Assembly: GCA_002786205.1 (NCBI GenBank)
Contig: PEQM01000033.1
Coordinates: forward strand, 18,868-82,867
Direction of reading: 5' to 3'
DNA length: 64,000 bases
Source: Legionella sp.
GTDB lineage: Bacteria; Pseudomonadota; Gammaproteobacteria; Legionellales; Legionellaceae
Every line of letters starts with the position of its first letter. Positions within the stretch are counted from its first letter, which is position 1. This document shows positions 42,425-52,287 of the stretch, piece after piece. Made by a program: the position numbers and the translations under genes. Under the pieces are notes generated by a model, which worked only from the letters and a program-made list of their open reading frames with translations, had not been told where the DNA came from and did no database searches.

Positions 42425-43360
42425 TTAGCGTGACAATGCAGTCCAACGAACGCGATCATCGGAGCGAGGAGACGATGAAGTATTGTTCATGCAATCAATA
42501 ACCTCTTGATCATCTTCAGTACAATCATTCGCCTGAATTTGATCCAATACGGCTTTATGCTCGCCAGATTTCACATAAAGATAACTGTTAATACTTTTAA
42601 CTTGCCCTACTGCTTCATCACTAATTAAATTGACTTGAAAAACATATTTATCACGATACTCTCTCAAAGTAAGCCCATTGCGTAGCATCACATTAAGATC
42701 AGCATCTGCTTCAGTGATATATTTCGATACTTGTGCTGTGAATAACAATGGCTCCGGCATTTTAAACAAAAAGAAATTACTAGGGCGTTCAATCGTCCTA
42801 AAGAAAGAGGATTGAAATGCTCTGTGTTCGGCGAATATTTTAGATTCCAGCATTGTTACCATGTCAGGCAATTGTAAAGCTTCTTTTAAAATACAAACTG
42901 CATCAGTTAGACAAGACCCATCATCAGCTTGTCTGGTACCTGCATTTAAATAAAACCGTGCTTCGGGAAAAAGTGCAGCGATTCTAAAATAGCCTTGCAC
43001 TCGAAAGCCTGCGGTCGAATCAAAAGAAAAAATATGCAAAGTTCCCTCTTTTTTTTGCAGCATGACAGGAACTGCATGATACTTTCCATGAGTAAGAACA
43101 ATCCCTTTTGTCTCATTTTCTTCCATGTCAAGCAATAGGGGATGTTGTGATAAAAATTTAAAAAATGGAAAAATATTATCCCCACTGTCCATGTATGGAC
43201 GTAAATCCAAGCAGTGTAAACTAATGCCATACTTCCCTGAATAATGTTGACAAAGTTGTTGCATACCCTCTGGTGTTGGCTGATACAAGGCAGGACTTAT
43301 CTTGATGCCATTAACCATGATACAAAATCCAGTATTTTTTATGGTGTAGTATGAGTTCAT
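42425..43360 (-). CDS. CE-clan (YopJ/Ulp1-like) cysteine protease/acetyltransferase-like protein; candidate effector
   Basis: H-D-Q-C order: YHAVP, FSFDST, RQADDGSCLTDA. Acidic C-terminal stretch. Confidence 0.6.
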   Translation of the reverse strand: MNSYYTIKNTGFCIMVNGIKISPALYQPTPEGMQQLCQHYSGKYGISLHCLDLRPYMDSGDNIFPFFKFLSQHPLLLDMEENETKGIVLTHGKYHAVPVMLQKKEGTLHIFSFDSTAGFRVQGYFRIAALFPEARFYLNAGTRQADDGSCLTDAVCILKEALQLPDMVTMLESKIFAEHRAFQSSFFRTIERPSNFFLFKMPEPLLFTAQVSKYITEADADLNVMLRNGLTLREYRDKYVFQVNLISDEAVGQVKSINSYLYVKSGEHKAVLDQIQANDCTEDDQEVIDCMNNTSSSPRSDDRVRWTALSR

Positions 43361-43709
43361 GATACTTCTTATCAGTATATAGTTATACCGGTATTATACC
43401 TTCCTTTTTCTTTGTGCTCAATATTTGAACCTAAAGTTTAATAAAAAACCTAGATCGAACTCAGAGATCGAGTAAGATGAACGGTATTTTGCCTAAAATT
43501 TCAAGCGTAATGGATAAACTAATTTCCCCCAAATTAAACAGTCAGTTAGACATTAAAAGAGAGGGGTGGTATTTCAGAAAATAACCGCATCTTCTGACTA
43601 CACAGCGACGCGTACTGCTAAAAATAATGATTATAAAACACCTGGAAGCGATTGGCTTATCTTAAAAAATTTTGGCAATCTGCATGTGAAATAAATACCT
43701 CATTGAGCA

Positions 43710-44342
43710 CTACTCCCATTTTACACTGTAGGAATGATTATTCCAGCGCACTTCAGCTGTAGTACGTCTTGATATCGAAGTCACTCCCGCGGGAGTTCCT
43801 GTATAAATAATATCCCCTGCTTTTAAAGGGAAAAATTGGCTAATATAAACGATTAAATCTTCTGGTTTCATCATCATGTCTGCTCCTTTAGCACATTGCC
43901 GAAGGGTGCCATCAATAAGCAACTGAAATTCCGTCTCCATATAGTCATTAAACTGATTAAAGGGAATCCATGGGCCAAGAATAGCAGCATCTTTAAATAC
44001 TTTTGCTGTAGTCCAGGGATGGCCTTGTTTTTTTAGTTCCGATTGGCGTGTTCTTAAAGTCATATCTAGACCAAGAGTTATGTCTGAAACGGCATTTTTA
44101 GCTTCTTCAGATGTCATTCTATACCCATCATGGGCCATGCGTAGCACAATTTCGCACTCGGGTTGTACTGCGGTGTCTTCAAAAGAAAAATCAAGATGCA
44201 TTTGCTCCCCCCAACCGGAGGCTTGTTTAAGGACACTTGCAGGCTTTAGAAACAATACAGGTTTTTCTGGTACTGCATCGCCAAGCTCTTTGGCATGTTC
44301 AAGATAATTTTTCCCCACACAAACTATTTTATCAAAAGACAT
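43710..44342 (-). CDS. Fumarylacetoacetate hydrolase family protein (FAHD1-like)
   Basis: KIVCVGKNYLEHAKELG, FLKP, ECEI, LDMTLR, GDIIYTGTPAGV. Confidence 0.92.
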   Translation of the reverse strand: MSFDKIVCVGKNYLEHAKELGDAVPEKPVLFLKPASVLKQASGWGEQMHLDFSFEDTAVQPECEIVLRMAHDGYRMTSEEAKNAVSDITLGLDMTLRTRQSELKKQGHPWTTAKVFKDAAILGPWIPFNQFNDYMETEFQLLIDGTLRQCAKGADMMMKPEDLIVYISQFFPLKAGDIIYTGTPAGVTSISRRTTAEVRWNNHSYSVKWE

Positions 44343-44437
44343 ATGATTGTATACCTTACAGAAATTAGATATTAGTTTATATAATCATTTAATAGCAATT
44401 GCTATTCCTCTTTAGTCACTAAGCAAGAATAGCCACA

Positions 44438-44635
44438 TTACACTCGGATAGCTTCAAAACTGTAAAACATATGAGCATCATCCCAATGAATTTCAACAGA
44501 GTCAAATCCTGCAGTATTTAATTGCTGAGTTGTTTGATCGACGGATCTAAAGCGACTCCAGGTGGCTTGTAATATTTGTATAAAAATAGCACGCTGCAGG
44601 TTGAGGTCATCTTTGTTTATTTTAGAGCGTTTCAT
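44438..44635 (-). pseudogene. C-terminal fragment of a probable SAM-dependent methyltransferase
   Basis: FRSVDQTTQQLNTAGFDSVEIHWD is a typical methyltransferase C-terminal motif (L..AGF..V.I). No N-terminal part is present. Confidence 0.5.
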
Positions 44636-45105
44636 GTGTTAAAGATTTCATTAGAGGTCTATTAAAATAAATTCTGAGGTTGCAAGTGTATAGCAAACGA
44701 GAAAAAGAATGAAATATCTTATTGATAAGGTGTATCAGTAAAAAAAACCTAATTCATAAATGACACCTACTCCGAATACAAAATGGTTTAAGTTGTTAGT
44801 TTGAATAACAAAAGTAATTAATTTTAGATCATTTTTTAAAAATTAAAATACAAACCTCAGTCTATCTATGTTGAAATTTTACTCATGATAAAGCAGAGGA
44901 TAGCAATGAGCATGATGAGAGATCGTCGGTTGTCAAATAAACCTTCTAAATGCTACATGCAATTAAATCAAAGCCATAAAAAATACTTCCGCTTGATAAG
45001 AGGAGCTCCAGTACATATAGATACCCCAACCTCTATGCAGGGGGTATACTGCTCTTGAGAAAGCCCCCTTTTTATTTATGTGAGCTCATAAGGAGACATA
45101 ATCAA

Positions 45106-46005
45106 ATGATTATAGGGAAATTATTTTTTAAGATAAACCAAATAGGAATAATTTTTTGTTGTTTAGTATTTGCAAATAACGTAAGTGCGGATAAATACAG
45201 TGGTGCAGCTCATCATTCTTGCGCTAGGGTAGGGAAATTTAACCAAGGGCAGTGTATCGAGGTCGATGGACATTTGTTATACGTAAAATCATTTGGATTA
45301 CCTCTTAATAAAAATCATCCCACAGTTATTTTTCTACCTGGCTCAGGAAATACTCATTGTATGTGGGAAAAAGTTGCTCCGAAGGTGGCGAAATTTGCTC
45401 ATGTTGTGGTTTATGACAAGACAGGTTATGGATACAGCCAACAATATAAAAAACCAGTGCCATTGACCGCATCAATAGTGGTTTAAAATTTAAAAGACTT
45501 ACTGGAGAGAATTGCTGTTTCACCACCCTACATATTAGTAGGACACTCTCATGGTGGAATTTATGCGCAAGATTTTGCACTTACATATCCAGAATTGGTT
45601 AGTGGAATGGTTTTGGTAGATTCTTCAACATATCAATTATTGCAATGGCATCGATTTCAAAATTATTATCCAAGCAAGGATGTTAAATCAACAGAACCTT
45701 TTTATTATGAGGCGTTAGGCATTACCCCTAGTTTAAAATCTGTTAAAGAAAAAATACTTAGAAAAGGTGACCATCCTTTTGGTAATCTTCCGATTGTTGT
45801 TTTAACTGCTGGAAATGAAAAGGATTTAGGATATTTTACCGCATCAATGGAGCACGATTGGCAATCATTTCAAAGACAATTAAGTAAAACTTCAAATAAA
45901 TCCGTACAGGTTAACGTAAAAAATAGCAGTCACTTTATTCAGATATATCAGCCAGAAATTATTGTTGATTCCATCTATGACTTAATAAAAAAACAACCTG
46001 GATAG
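45106..46005 (+). pseudogene. Disrupted secreted alpha/beta hydrolase
   Basis: IFLPGSG, YDKTGYGYS, in-frame TAA at 45484-45486, frameshift near 45520, then PPYILVGHSHGG (nucleophile elbow), VSGMVLVDS and SSHFIQIYQP. Confidence 0.85.
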
Positions 46006-46074
46006 TACGTCGTAATGGGGAAAAAGCCTAAATCTAATGGAATAACAGAAGGGTTTTATAGAAAAATAAGTAAT

Positions 46075-46163
46075 TGGTGCCCAGGGCCGGAATCGAACCG
46101 GCACGGGATTTAACTCCCGAGGGATTTTAAGTCCCTTGCGTCTACCTGTTTCGCCACCTGGGC
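46075..46163 (-). tRNA. tRNA-Leu(UAA)
   Basis: GCCCAGG acceptor stem, anticodon arm GGGAC-TTAAAAT-CCC, long variable arm, TTCGATT loop, CCA end. Confidence 0.96.
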
Positions 46164-46168
46164 ATTTT

Positions 46169-46242
46169 TGGAGGCTGAGACCGGAATCGAACCGGTGTCC
46201 ACGGCTTTGCAGGCCGCTGCATAACCACTCTGCCACACAGCC
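46169..46242 (-). tRNA. tRNA-Cys(GCA)
   Basis: GGCTGTG...CGGC-CTGCAAA-GCCG...GGTTCGATTCC...CTCCA. Confidence 0.96.
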
Positions 46243-46260
46243 GTTCTACCTTAAAACTCT

Positions 46261-46288
46261 AAAAAAAAAGCGACGATTCTGTCGCTTT
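46261..46288 (-). terminator. Terminator-like hairpin between tRNA-Gly and tRNA-Cys
   Basis: Minus strand AAAGCGAC-agaatc-GTCGCTTT followed by a long T run. Confidence 0.6.
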
Positions 46289-46292
46289 AATT

Positions 46293-46368
<76 letters not shown>

Positions 46369-46383
46369 GTCACTATGAGATGC

Positions 46384-46411
46384 ATTTTACAGGAATGACG
46401 TAGCCTGTCAA
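46384..46411 (-). promoter_or_regulatory. Sigma-70 promoter of the tRNA Gly-Cys-Leu cluster
   Basis: Minus strand TTGACA-16 nt-TAAAAT. Confidence 0.7.
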
Positions 46412-46420
46412 CACTAAAAA

Positions 46421-46984
46421 TCAATTTTTTTTCATTAAATCTGGCCATGCAATAGAGAGATAGATAATCATAGACCATATAGTTAATATTGCTGCCACAT
46501 AAAGCAAAACAAAGCCAATCGTACCCCACCAAGAGGCAAACGGTGTAAACGCCAGTAACAGCATTAATGCCAACATTTGAATGCCCGTTTTGGCTTTACC
46601 TATATATCCCACTGCCACGCTGGCTCTTTTTCCTATTTCAGCCATCCACTCCCTTAAAGCAGAAATAACTATTTCTCGCCCAACAATAATCAAGGCAGGG
46701 ATAGTAATATAGTCAATTTCTTTCGCGCCCACTAATAAAAGCAATGTGGTGGAAATCAATAACTTATCAGCCACAGGATCTAAAAAAGCACCGAAAGGAG
46801 AAGTCATGTTTAATTTTCGCGCCAAATAACCATCTAGCCAATCAGTAAAGCTTGCAGCAGCAAAGAGGCATGCTGCAATCAAGTTTGCGTTTTTAAATGG
46901 TAAATAAAAAATAATCACGAGGACAGGTATCAAGACAATGCGTGCTAATGTAAGTAAGTTAGGTAGACTGGTAAAATTATTCAC
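46421..46984 (-). CDS. pgsA: Phosphatidylglycerophosphate synthase
   Basis: PNLLTLARI, TDWLDGYLAR...FGAFLDPVADK. pgsA-glyW-cysT-leuZ synteny. Confidence 0.97.
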   Translation of the reverse strand: MNNFTSLPNLLTLARIVLIPVLVIIFYLPFKNANLIAACLFAAASFTDWLDGYLARKLNMTSPFGAFLDPVADKLLISTTLLLLVGAKEIDYITIPALIIVGREIVISALREWMAEIGKRASVAVGYIGKAKTGIQMLALMLLLAFTPFASWWGTIGFVLLYVAAILTIWSMIIYLSIAWPDLMKKN

Positions 46985-47661
46985 TGCTGATTACTCCCTG
47001 TACACGTTAATGGCAGGCATAAAAAATGAGCCACGTCATAGTAATTATTGAACACAGCCAAAGCACCCGCTGCTTGTAATGCTTGAGCATTTTGATTATA
47101 AAAATCAATACCGATGGCAGGAACATGAAGCTGTCGTGCCATTTCAATATCTGTTGGTGAATCGCCTATCATTAATGTACTTTGGGCATTTTGACCAAAT
47201 ACATTCATTATTTCTTCTAGCATTTGAGGACATGGCTTAGCGGGTAATTGTCCTGCACAACGAATGACCTTAAAAACATCGTCCAAACGAGTAATTTGCA
47301 AGGCACGTTGTAGTGATTGCTGTCCTTTATTAGAAGCAATCGCCAAATCAATATGAGCCTCCTGTAATTGCAAAATCAGTTCTCTTGCTCCGGGAATTAA
47401 ACACACTTCAGAAGGACGAGAAACCATTGCTCTATGAATCGCCTGCAACAATATTTCTTGTTGAGACAAAGTCAGACGAGGAAACAATTTTTTAAGTGCA
47501 TGAACCAAACCCAATTCTACGTATTTTTTGGCCTCGGCTGGCTCGACAGAACCAAAACCTAAAGCGTTTGCTTCAGCAGTTACGGTATGTAAAATCAGTC
47601 CTAATGTGTCAGAAATAGTACCTTCCCAATCAAAGACTACCAACTGATATGGATTACTCAT
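46981..47661 (-). CDS. HAD-IA family hydrolase
   Basis: LVVFDWEGT, KPCPQML, MIGDSPTD. Confidence 0.88.
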   Translation of the reverse strand: MSNPYQLVVFDWEGTISDTLGLILHTVTAEANALGFGSVEPAEAKKYVELGLVHALKKLFPRLTLSQQEILLQAIHRAMVSRPSEVCLIPGARELILQLQEAHIDLAIASNKGQQSLQRALQITRLDDVFKVIRCAGQLPAKPCPQMLEEIMNVFGQNAQSTLMIGDSPTDIEMARQLHVPAIGIDFYNQNAQALQAAGALAVFNNYYDVAHFLCLPLTCTGSNQQ

Positions 47662-48598
47662 TGCTTCTTGAGCTCCTTTCGCGCAATAATTTTAGTGTAT
47701 TAGCAAACCGATCATCTAAATTGGCCTGAAATGAATGGTTTTCCCCATTTAAAGTAAACTGTATTGCACGCGCATGCAAATAAAGACGGTCGGCTCCATC
47801 GATTCCCTCGACCTCTCCGGCTCGAGAGCCGTATTTTTCATCACCAACAATCACATGCCCCAAATGCGCACTATGCACTCTAATCTGATGAGTGCGTCCT
47901 GTTTTAGGTTTTGCCTCTACCCAACAGGCTTGTTGGTAGTTTTCAAGTAGCATAAACGCCGTCTCAGATGCCTTCCCGTCTTTTTGTACAGAAACCACCC
48001 GCTCTCCTGATTTTAATGTATTTTTTTCCAAAGCGGCATCGACAATAATTTTTTTCTTTCCTTGCCATGGGTGCGTTAACAAAGCCCAATAGGTTTTTTG
48101 CACATCACGCGCTTCTAATAAGGCATGAAGACTTCGCAACACGCTTCTTTTTTTAGCCAGCAATAAACAACCTGAAGTTTCTCTATCCAAACGATGTACC
48201 AACTCCAGATAAGGCAAATCAGGCCTTGTTTTTCTTAACGCCTCGATCACACCCAGCCGAAGTCCACTACCTCCATGTACAGCAATTCCAGATGGCTTAT
48301 TAATGACTAATAATCCTGAATTTTCAAAAATAATGCTCTCATTAAGGCGTTTTGCCAATACATCACCAACAAATATTTCTTTAGGTTCAGAATAACGAAC
48401 AGGAGGGATACGAACTCTATCGCCCGCTTTTAACTTTAACCCTGCTTGACATCGCTTTTTATTCACGCGGACTTCACCACCTCGTATAATGCGATAAATA
48501 TGACTTTTGGGAACCCCTTTTAGTATCTTGATTAGATAATTATCAAGGCGCTGCCCTTCTTCTTCAAAACTAATTTCTTTATAGCTGACTTCACTCAT
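47654..48598 (-). CDS. rluC: 23S rRNA pseudouridine synthase C
   Basis: S4 domain RLDNYL..VPKSHIYRIIR, HRLDRETSG, TGRTHQIRVH. Divergent from rne. Confidence 0.95.
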   Translation of the reverse strand: MSEVSYKEISFEEEGQRLDNYLIKILKGVPKSHIYRIIRGGEVRVNKKRCQAGLKLKAGDRVRIPPVRYSEPKEIFVGDVLAKRLNESIIFENSGLLVINKPSGIAVHGGSGLRLGVIEALRKTRPDLPYLELVHRLDRETSGCLLLAKKRSVLRSLHALLEARDVQKTYWALLTHPWQGKKKIIVDAALEKNTLKSGERVVSVQKDGKASETAFMLLENYQQACWVEAKPKTGRTHQIRVHSAHLGHVIVGDEKYGSRAGEVEGIDGADRLYLHARAIQFTLNGENHSFQANLDDRFANTLKLLRERSSRSNE

Positions 48599-49210
48599 TA
48601 TGAATAAACCTGTTTGCTGAGCGTGAATTTTTTGGTATTATCTTATACTGCATGGGAAGGTTCCCTTGCAAACCGAATTATAACGTATAAATAGAAAAAA
48701 AGTTTATTAGTCGATTCAATATCGGCAAAAATAAGACGCGCTTTCATCATTTAAAGATAGTAGATAAAAGGAAGCGACCCAATACCTGAACTAAATTGAT
48801 TATAAATTCAACAGATACCTGCGCATGCAAACATGCTTTTATAACAAACGATTATCCCGGACGTTTAATTCCTATTCAGGCAACTATTTTGCATGAATGA
48901 GCTTAAAAAGTCTTTTGCGTGCGCCTTTTAATAAGGGGGGCATGCGTATGGTCTGTGCATTAGGATTGGGTTATTAAAGATCAGTTCTCTGCTTTTGGTA
49001 AATATGTACCGAATGCAAGAGACTAGAGTATGATAATGAAAAAAGTAAAAGCGAGGCCTTCTATACGAAGCATTGCCCTGTTTCTTACATAAAGAGTAAG
49101 TAATCAAGGCTGAATAGTATATTTTATGCATGCGCTGCTTTATCAACTCAAGTATTGAGCCTTTACTGTCTCTTCTTAAAGAGGTTAGCGCCCTAATTAT
49201 GGGGTCACCA

Positions 49211-51184
49211 ATGGAAAAAATGCTTATTAATGCGATACAAACTGAAGAAGTTCGTGTTGCGCTGATTAAAGACAAACAGTTGTTTGACTTGGATATTGAA
49301 TGTCCAGGCGAAGTAAAGAAAAAAGGCAATATTTACAAAGCGATCGTTACTCGAAGAGAGCCTAGTCTTGATGCTGTCTTTGTTGAATATGGCTCAAAGC
49401 GTCAAGGTTTTTTACCTCTTAAAGAAATAGCACCAGAATATTTAAGCAAAAATCCAGATGATTTTGGCGATGATAAACCACCTATCACAAGCCTCATCCG
49501 AGAAGGACAAGAGTTACTTATTCAAGTAGATAAAGAAGAGCGTGGCAGCAAAGGAGCAGCCCTCACCACTTTTATTACCCTGGCAGGCTGCTATCTGGTC
49601 CTTATGCCAAACAATCCACGCTCTGGCGGCATTTCTCGACGCATCGAAGGTGATGAAAGAGATGAACTTCGAGAAACACTCAATGCACTAGACCTGCCAG
49701 AGGACATGGGGCTCATCATTCGCACCGCGGGTGTTGGTAAAAGCCAGGAAGAGCTACAAGATGACTTGAGTATGCTTTGCAATCAATGGGAATCCATTAA
49801 GCATGCCTACAATACTGAACTGGCTCCTTCTCTAATTCATCAAGAAGGCGATGTTATTATTCGCTCCATCAGGGACAACTTACGTAAATCGATTAGCGAA
49901 ATTATTATCGATGATCAAGTATCTTATATTAAAGCCAAGCAATACATAGAACGGGTTAAACCTGAGTTTCTACCTAACTTGAAGCTGTATAATAGCAGCA
50001 TCCCCCTATTTAATTTTTATATGATTGAAAGCCAAATCGAAACGGCTTTTCAACGTCAGGTTATGTTGCCTTCTGGCGGTGCACTAGTCATAGACCGGAC
50101 GGAGGCACTGGTTTCTATTGATGTAAACTCTGCTAAAGCAACTGGCGGAGCGGACATTGAAGCAACCGCAGTCAATACCAATTTAGAAGCGGCCAATGAA
50201 ATCGCACGTCAGTTACGCTTACGTGATTTAGGTGGCCTGGTAGTCATCGACTTCATCGACATGAGTTCAAGCAAAAATCAACGTGAAGTCGAGAATCGTC
50301 TCAAAGAAGCCCTTCAGGCAGACAGGGCGCGAATTCAAGTAGGACGTATTTCACGATTCGGTCTTTTAGAAATGTCTCGTCAACGTCTACGACTCTCTTT
50401 AGGTGAAAGTGCCCAGGAGGTTTGTCCTCGTTGTGAAGGAAGAGGTACTGTACGTAATATTCAATCGCACGGCTTGTCTATTACCCGTCTGATTGAAGAA
50501 GAAGCACTAAAAGAAAAGACCGCTGAAATTCAGGTGCAACTCCCCCCTGAAATGGCTACTTTTATCATGAATGAAAAAAGGGCTTTTATCAGAGAAATTG
50601 AAAAAAGACATGGTGTAAGCGTTATTATTGTAGCAAATCCTTACTTGCATTCGCCTCAATACACTATAACCCGCCTGAAAGAAGACAATGTCGGTAAAAT
50701 TAAAAAACCCAGCTATTCTTTAATCCAACAGCCTGAACTACAAATCACAGGCAAGGATAAAGAAGCGACATTACAAGATGAACCGGCAGTAAAATCTTTT
50801 GCAGAACATCAAATAGCTAAACATCCGCAAAGTAGCTTTATTAAAAGATTGTGGAGTAGCTTGTTTGGTAGCTCAGTAACAACTCCGGCGCTTGCTTCTG
50901 AGCCAGTAAAAAAAACCAGCCATCATCCATCTGGAGCCAAGCCATACCAAAAAAATAATGACCGTCGCTCACAAAATGCACGTCGCAAACGTTCAGGACA
51001 ATCCAGAACTAACTCAAATACCAATAATCCAAATACCAATAATGCAAATAACACTGCTTCTTCTGCACCCAATCAACAGCGCAAAAGAAATAATCACAAT
51101 CAAAATGGACAGCAAAATCGCCCCATGAGGCAAGACTCGCGTAAAAAAGACACGGTTTTATCTAAAGAATCATCTGATAAATAG
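49211..51184 (+). CDS. rne: Ribonuclease E
   Basis: MEKMLINA, GNIYK, IDVNS, LRDLGGLVVIDFIDM, CPRCEG. Arg/Asn-rich disordered tail. Long intergenic leader. Confidence 0.96.
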   Translation: MEKMLINAIQTEEVRVALIKDKQLFDLDIECPGEVKKKGNIYKAIVTRREPSLDAVFVEYGSKRQGFLPLKEIAPEYLSKNPDDFGDDKPPITSLIREGQELLIQVDKEERGSKGAALTTFITLAGCYLVLMPNNPRSGGISRRIEGDERDELRETLNALDLPEDMGLIIRTAGVGKSQEELQDDLSMLCNQWESIKHAYNTELAPSLIHQEGDVIIRSIRDNLRKSISEIIIDDQVSYIKAKQYIERVKPEFLPNLKLYNSSIPLFNFYMIESQIETAFQRQVMLPSGGALVIDRTEALVSIDVNSAKATGGADIEATAVNTNLEAANEIARQLRLRDLGGLVVIDFIDMSSSKNQREVENRLKEALQADRARIQVGRISRFGLLEMSRQRLRLSLGESAQEVCPRCEGRGTVRNIQSHGLSITRLIEEEALKEKTAEIQVQLPPEMATFIMNEKRAFIREIEKRHGVSVIIVANPYLHSPQYTITRLKEDNVGKIKKPSYSLIQQPELQITGKDKEATLQDEPAVKSFAEHQIAKHPQSSFIKRLWSSLFGSSVTTPALASEPVKKTSHHPSGAKPYQKNNDRRSQNARRKRSGQSRTNSNTNNPNTNNANNTASSAPNQQRKRNNHNQNGQQNRPMRQDSRKKDTVLSKESSDK

Positions 51185-51199
51185 TCTTTCCCCTCCAAA

Positions 51200-51237
51200 A
51201 AAAAGGCCAGTCTGCTCTTAATACAGACTGGCCTTTT
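51200..51237. terminator. Bidirectional intrinsic terminator
   Basis: AAAAGGCCAGTCTG-loop-CAGACTGGCCTTTT between convergent genes. Confidence 0.85.
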
Positions 51238-51317
51238 ACCTTAATATGTTGCCATTTCCAAAAAATCTGCTTTGTGCATAACAAAAAACTGTAATGCCTG
51301 GCAAGCGCCCAAAAATA

Positions 51318-52085
51318 TCAGACTAATGAAATATGATTTGAATCAACCTGACACCTCTCCTCTGTCTGCGATACGCCATCACATTGTTTTTTTTCAGTAG
51401 CTCCCTCTGACATCAGATAAATAACGCCCGTTGTCATCAACAAGCCAAATACCAGGCTAAAATCATCTTTACTCGCAAAAAAAAGACCAATAGGGGAAAA
51501 AGACATCAGCATCGTATTGAATACAGAAGGAAAATAAAAACTCTGCTGGTCATAAAGCAAGTAAGGTAGCTTTCCAAGCAAGGAAATAAAAAATAAAACC
51601 AAAGCCGCTTTATTTTGATTAAACAAATGACATGAAACAGCACCTAAAATAACCACTGAATAGATTGTTTCTGCATATCTTGCCATCAGCTTGCTCAAAG
51701 CAGACGATTGTAAAAATTCATTTTCTTCAATTATTCTCAATTGGTCATTGCGATGACTAAAGTAACAATCCAGACCATATGCACCTACTGTTAAGGGCAT
51801 GAAATCGGAAAGCTCCAAACTATAACATTGCCCCCCATTCACTATGGCCCAAAAAAGTGCTCTCTTATCATGAGCCTGGTCTTGATCAGCTAAGGAGCAA
51901 AGAAAACTTATCGTCGGTAGTAGATAACTTAAATGCTTGGCTGATAGATAAGGATCAAGCCCCATGGCCTGACTTAAAAGAGCATATCCCAGTCGAAGAT
52001 CATGCCCTATTTTTGTCCACTTATAAATTTTTTTAATCCCGGGTTGGGATGACTGAAAAAAACAAAACCGCTGAGGAACCATCAT
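51318..52085 (-). CDS. Orphan multi-pass membrane protein downstream of a glycine riboswitch
   Basis: ATG at 52085 with a GGAGA RBS; 255 aa; about four hydrophobic segments in the C-terminal half; acidic tail. Confidence 0.7.
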   Translation of the reverse strand: MMVPQRFCFFQSSQPGIKKIYKWTKIGHDLRLGYALLSQAMGLDPYLSAKHLSYLLPTISFLCSLADQDQAHDKRALFWAIVNGGQCYSLELSDFMPLTVGAYGLDCYFSHRNDQLRIIEENEFLQSSALSKLMARYAETIYSVVILGAVSCHLFNQNKAALVLFFISLLGKLPYLLYDQQSFYFPSVFNTMLMSFSPIGLFFASKDDFSLVFGLLMTTGVIYLMSEGATEKKQCDGVSQTEERCQVDSNHISLV

Positions 52086-52111
52086 TTTCTCCAAAAGAAA
52101 AATTATTGGCC

Positions 52112-52287
52112 CCGTCTGTTATGGTACCTGAAAGTTTCGTCAAAATGACTTGCTTCTTCGGTGAAAAGATAAACTCTTTTGCTCTCCAGATGATAAGTTG
52201 TATGCGGTTCTTTTGCCTGAGAGTTTATGGGGAAAACTTGCTCCTTCGGCGTTAGAATGAACTAATCTCTCCCGCAAACAGTCATCA
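52112..52287 (-). promoter_or_regulatory. Tandem glycine riboswitch
   Basis: Aptamer 1: TGTTTGCGG-GAGAG...GCCGAAGGAGCAA...AAACTCTCAGGCAAAAGAA-CCGCATACA. Aptamer 2: CATCTGGAGAG...CACCGAAGAAGCAA-GTCATTTTGAC-GAAACTTTCAGGT...ACAGACG. Confidence 0.9.

Noticed and set aside
44674-44860. CTGAGGTT...AACCTCAG inverted pair as a possible MITE
   Set aside because: Only 8 bp match in AT-rich DNA, with no target duplication seen.
48600-49210. Long rluC-rne intergenic region and its 133-aa antisense ORF
   Set aside because: A long rne 5' leader is expected. No specific RNA motif could be recognised by eye.
51010-51110. Asn-rich repeat (AATACCAATAAT twice)
   Set aside because: Low-complexity disordered C-terminus of RNase E.
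52049-52255. 68-aa plus-strand ORF
   Set aside because: Antisense to the glycine riboswitch; spurious.
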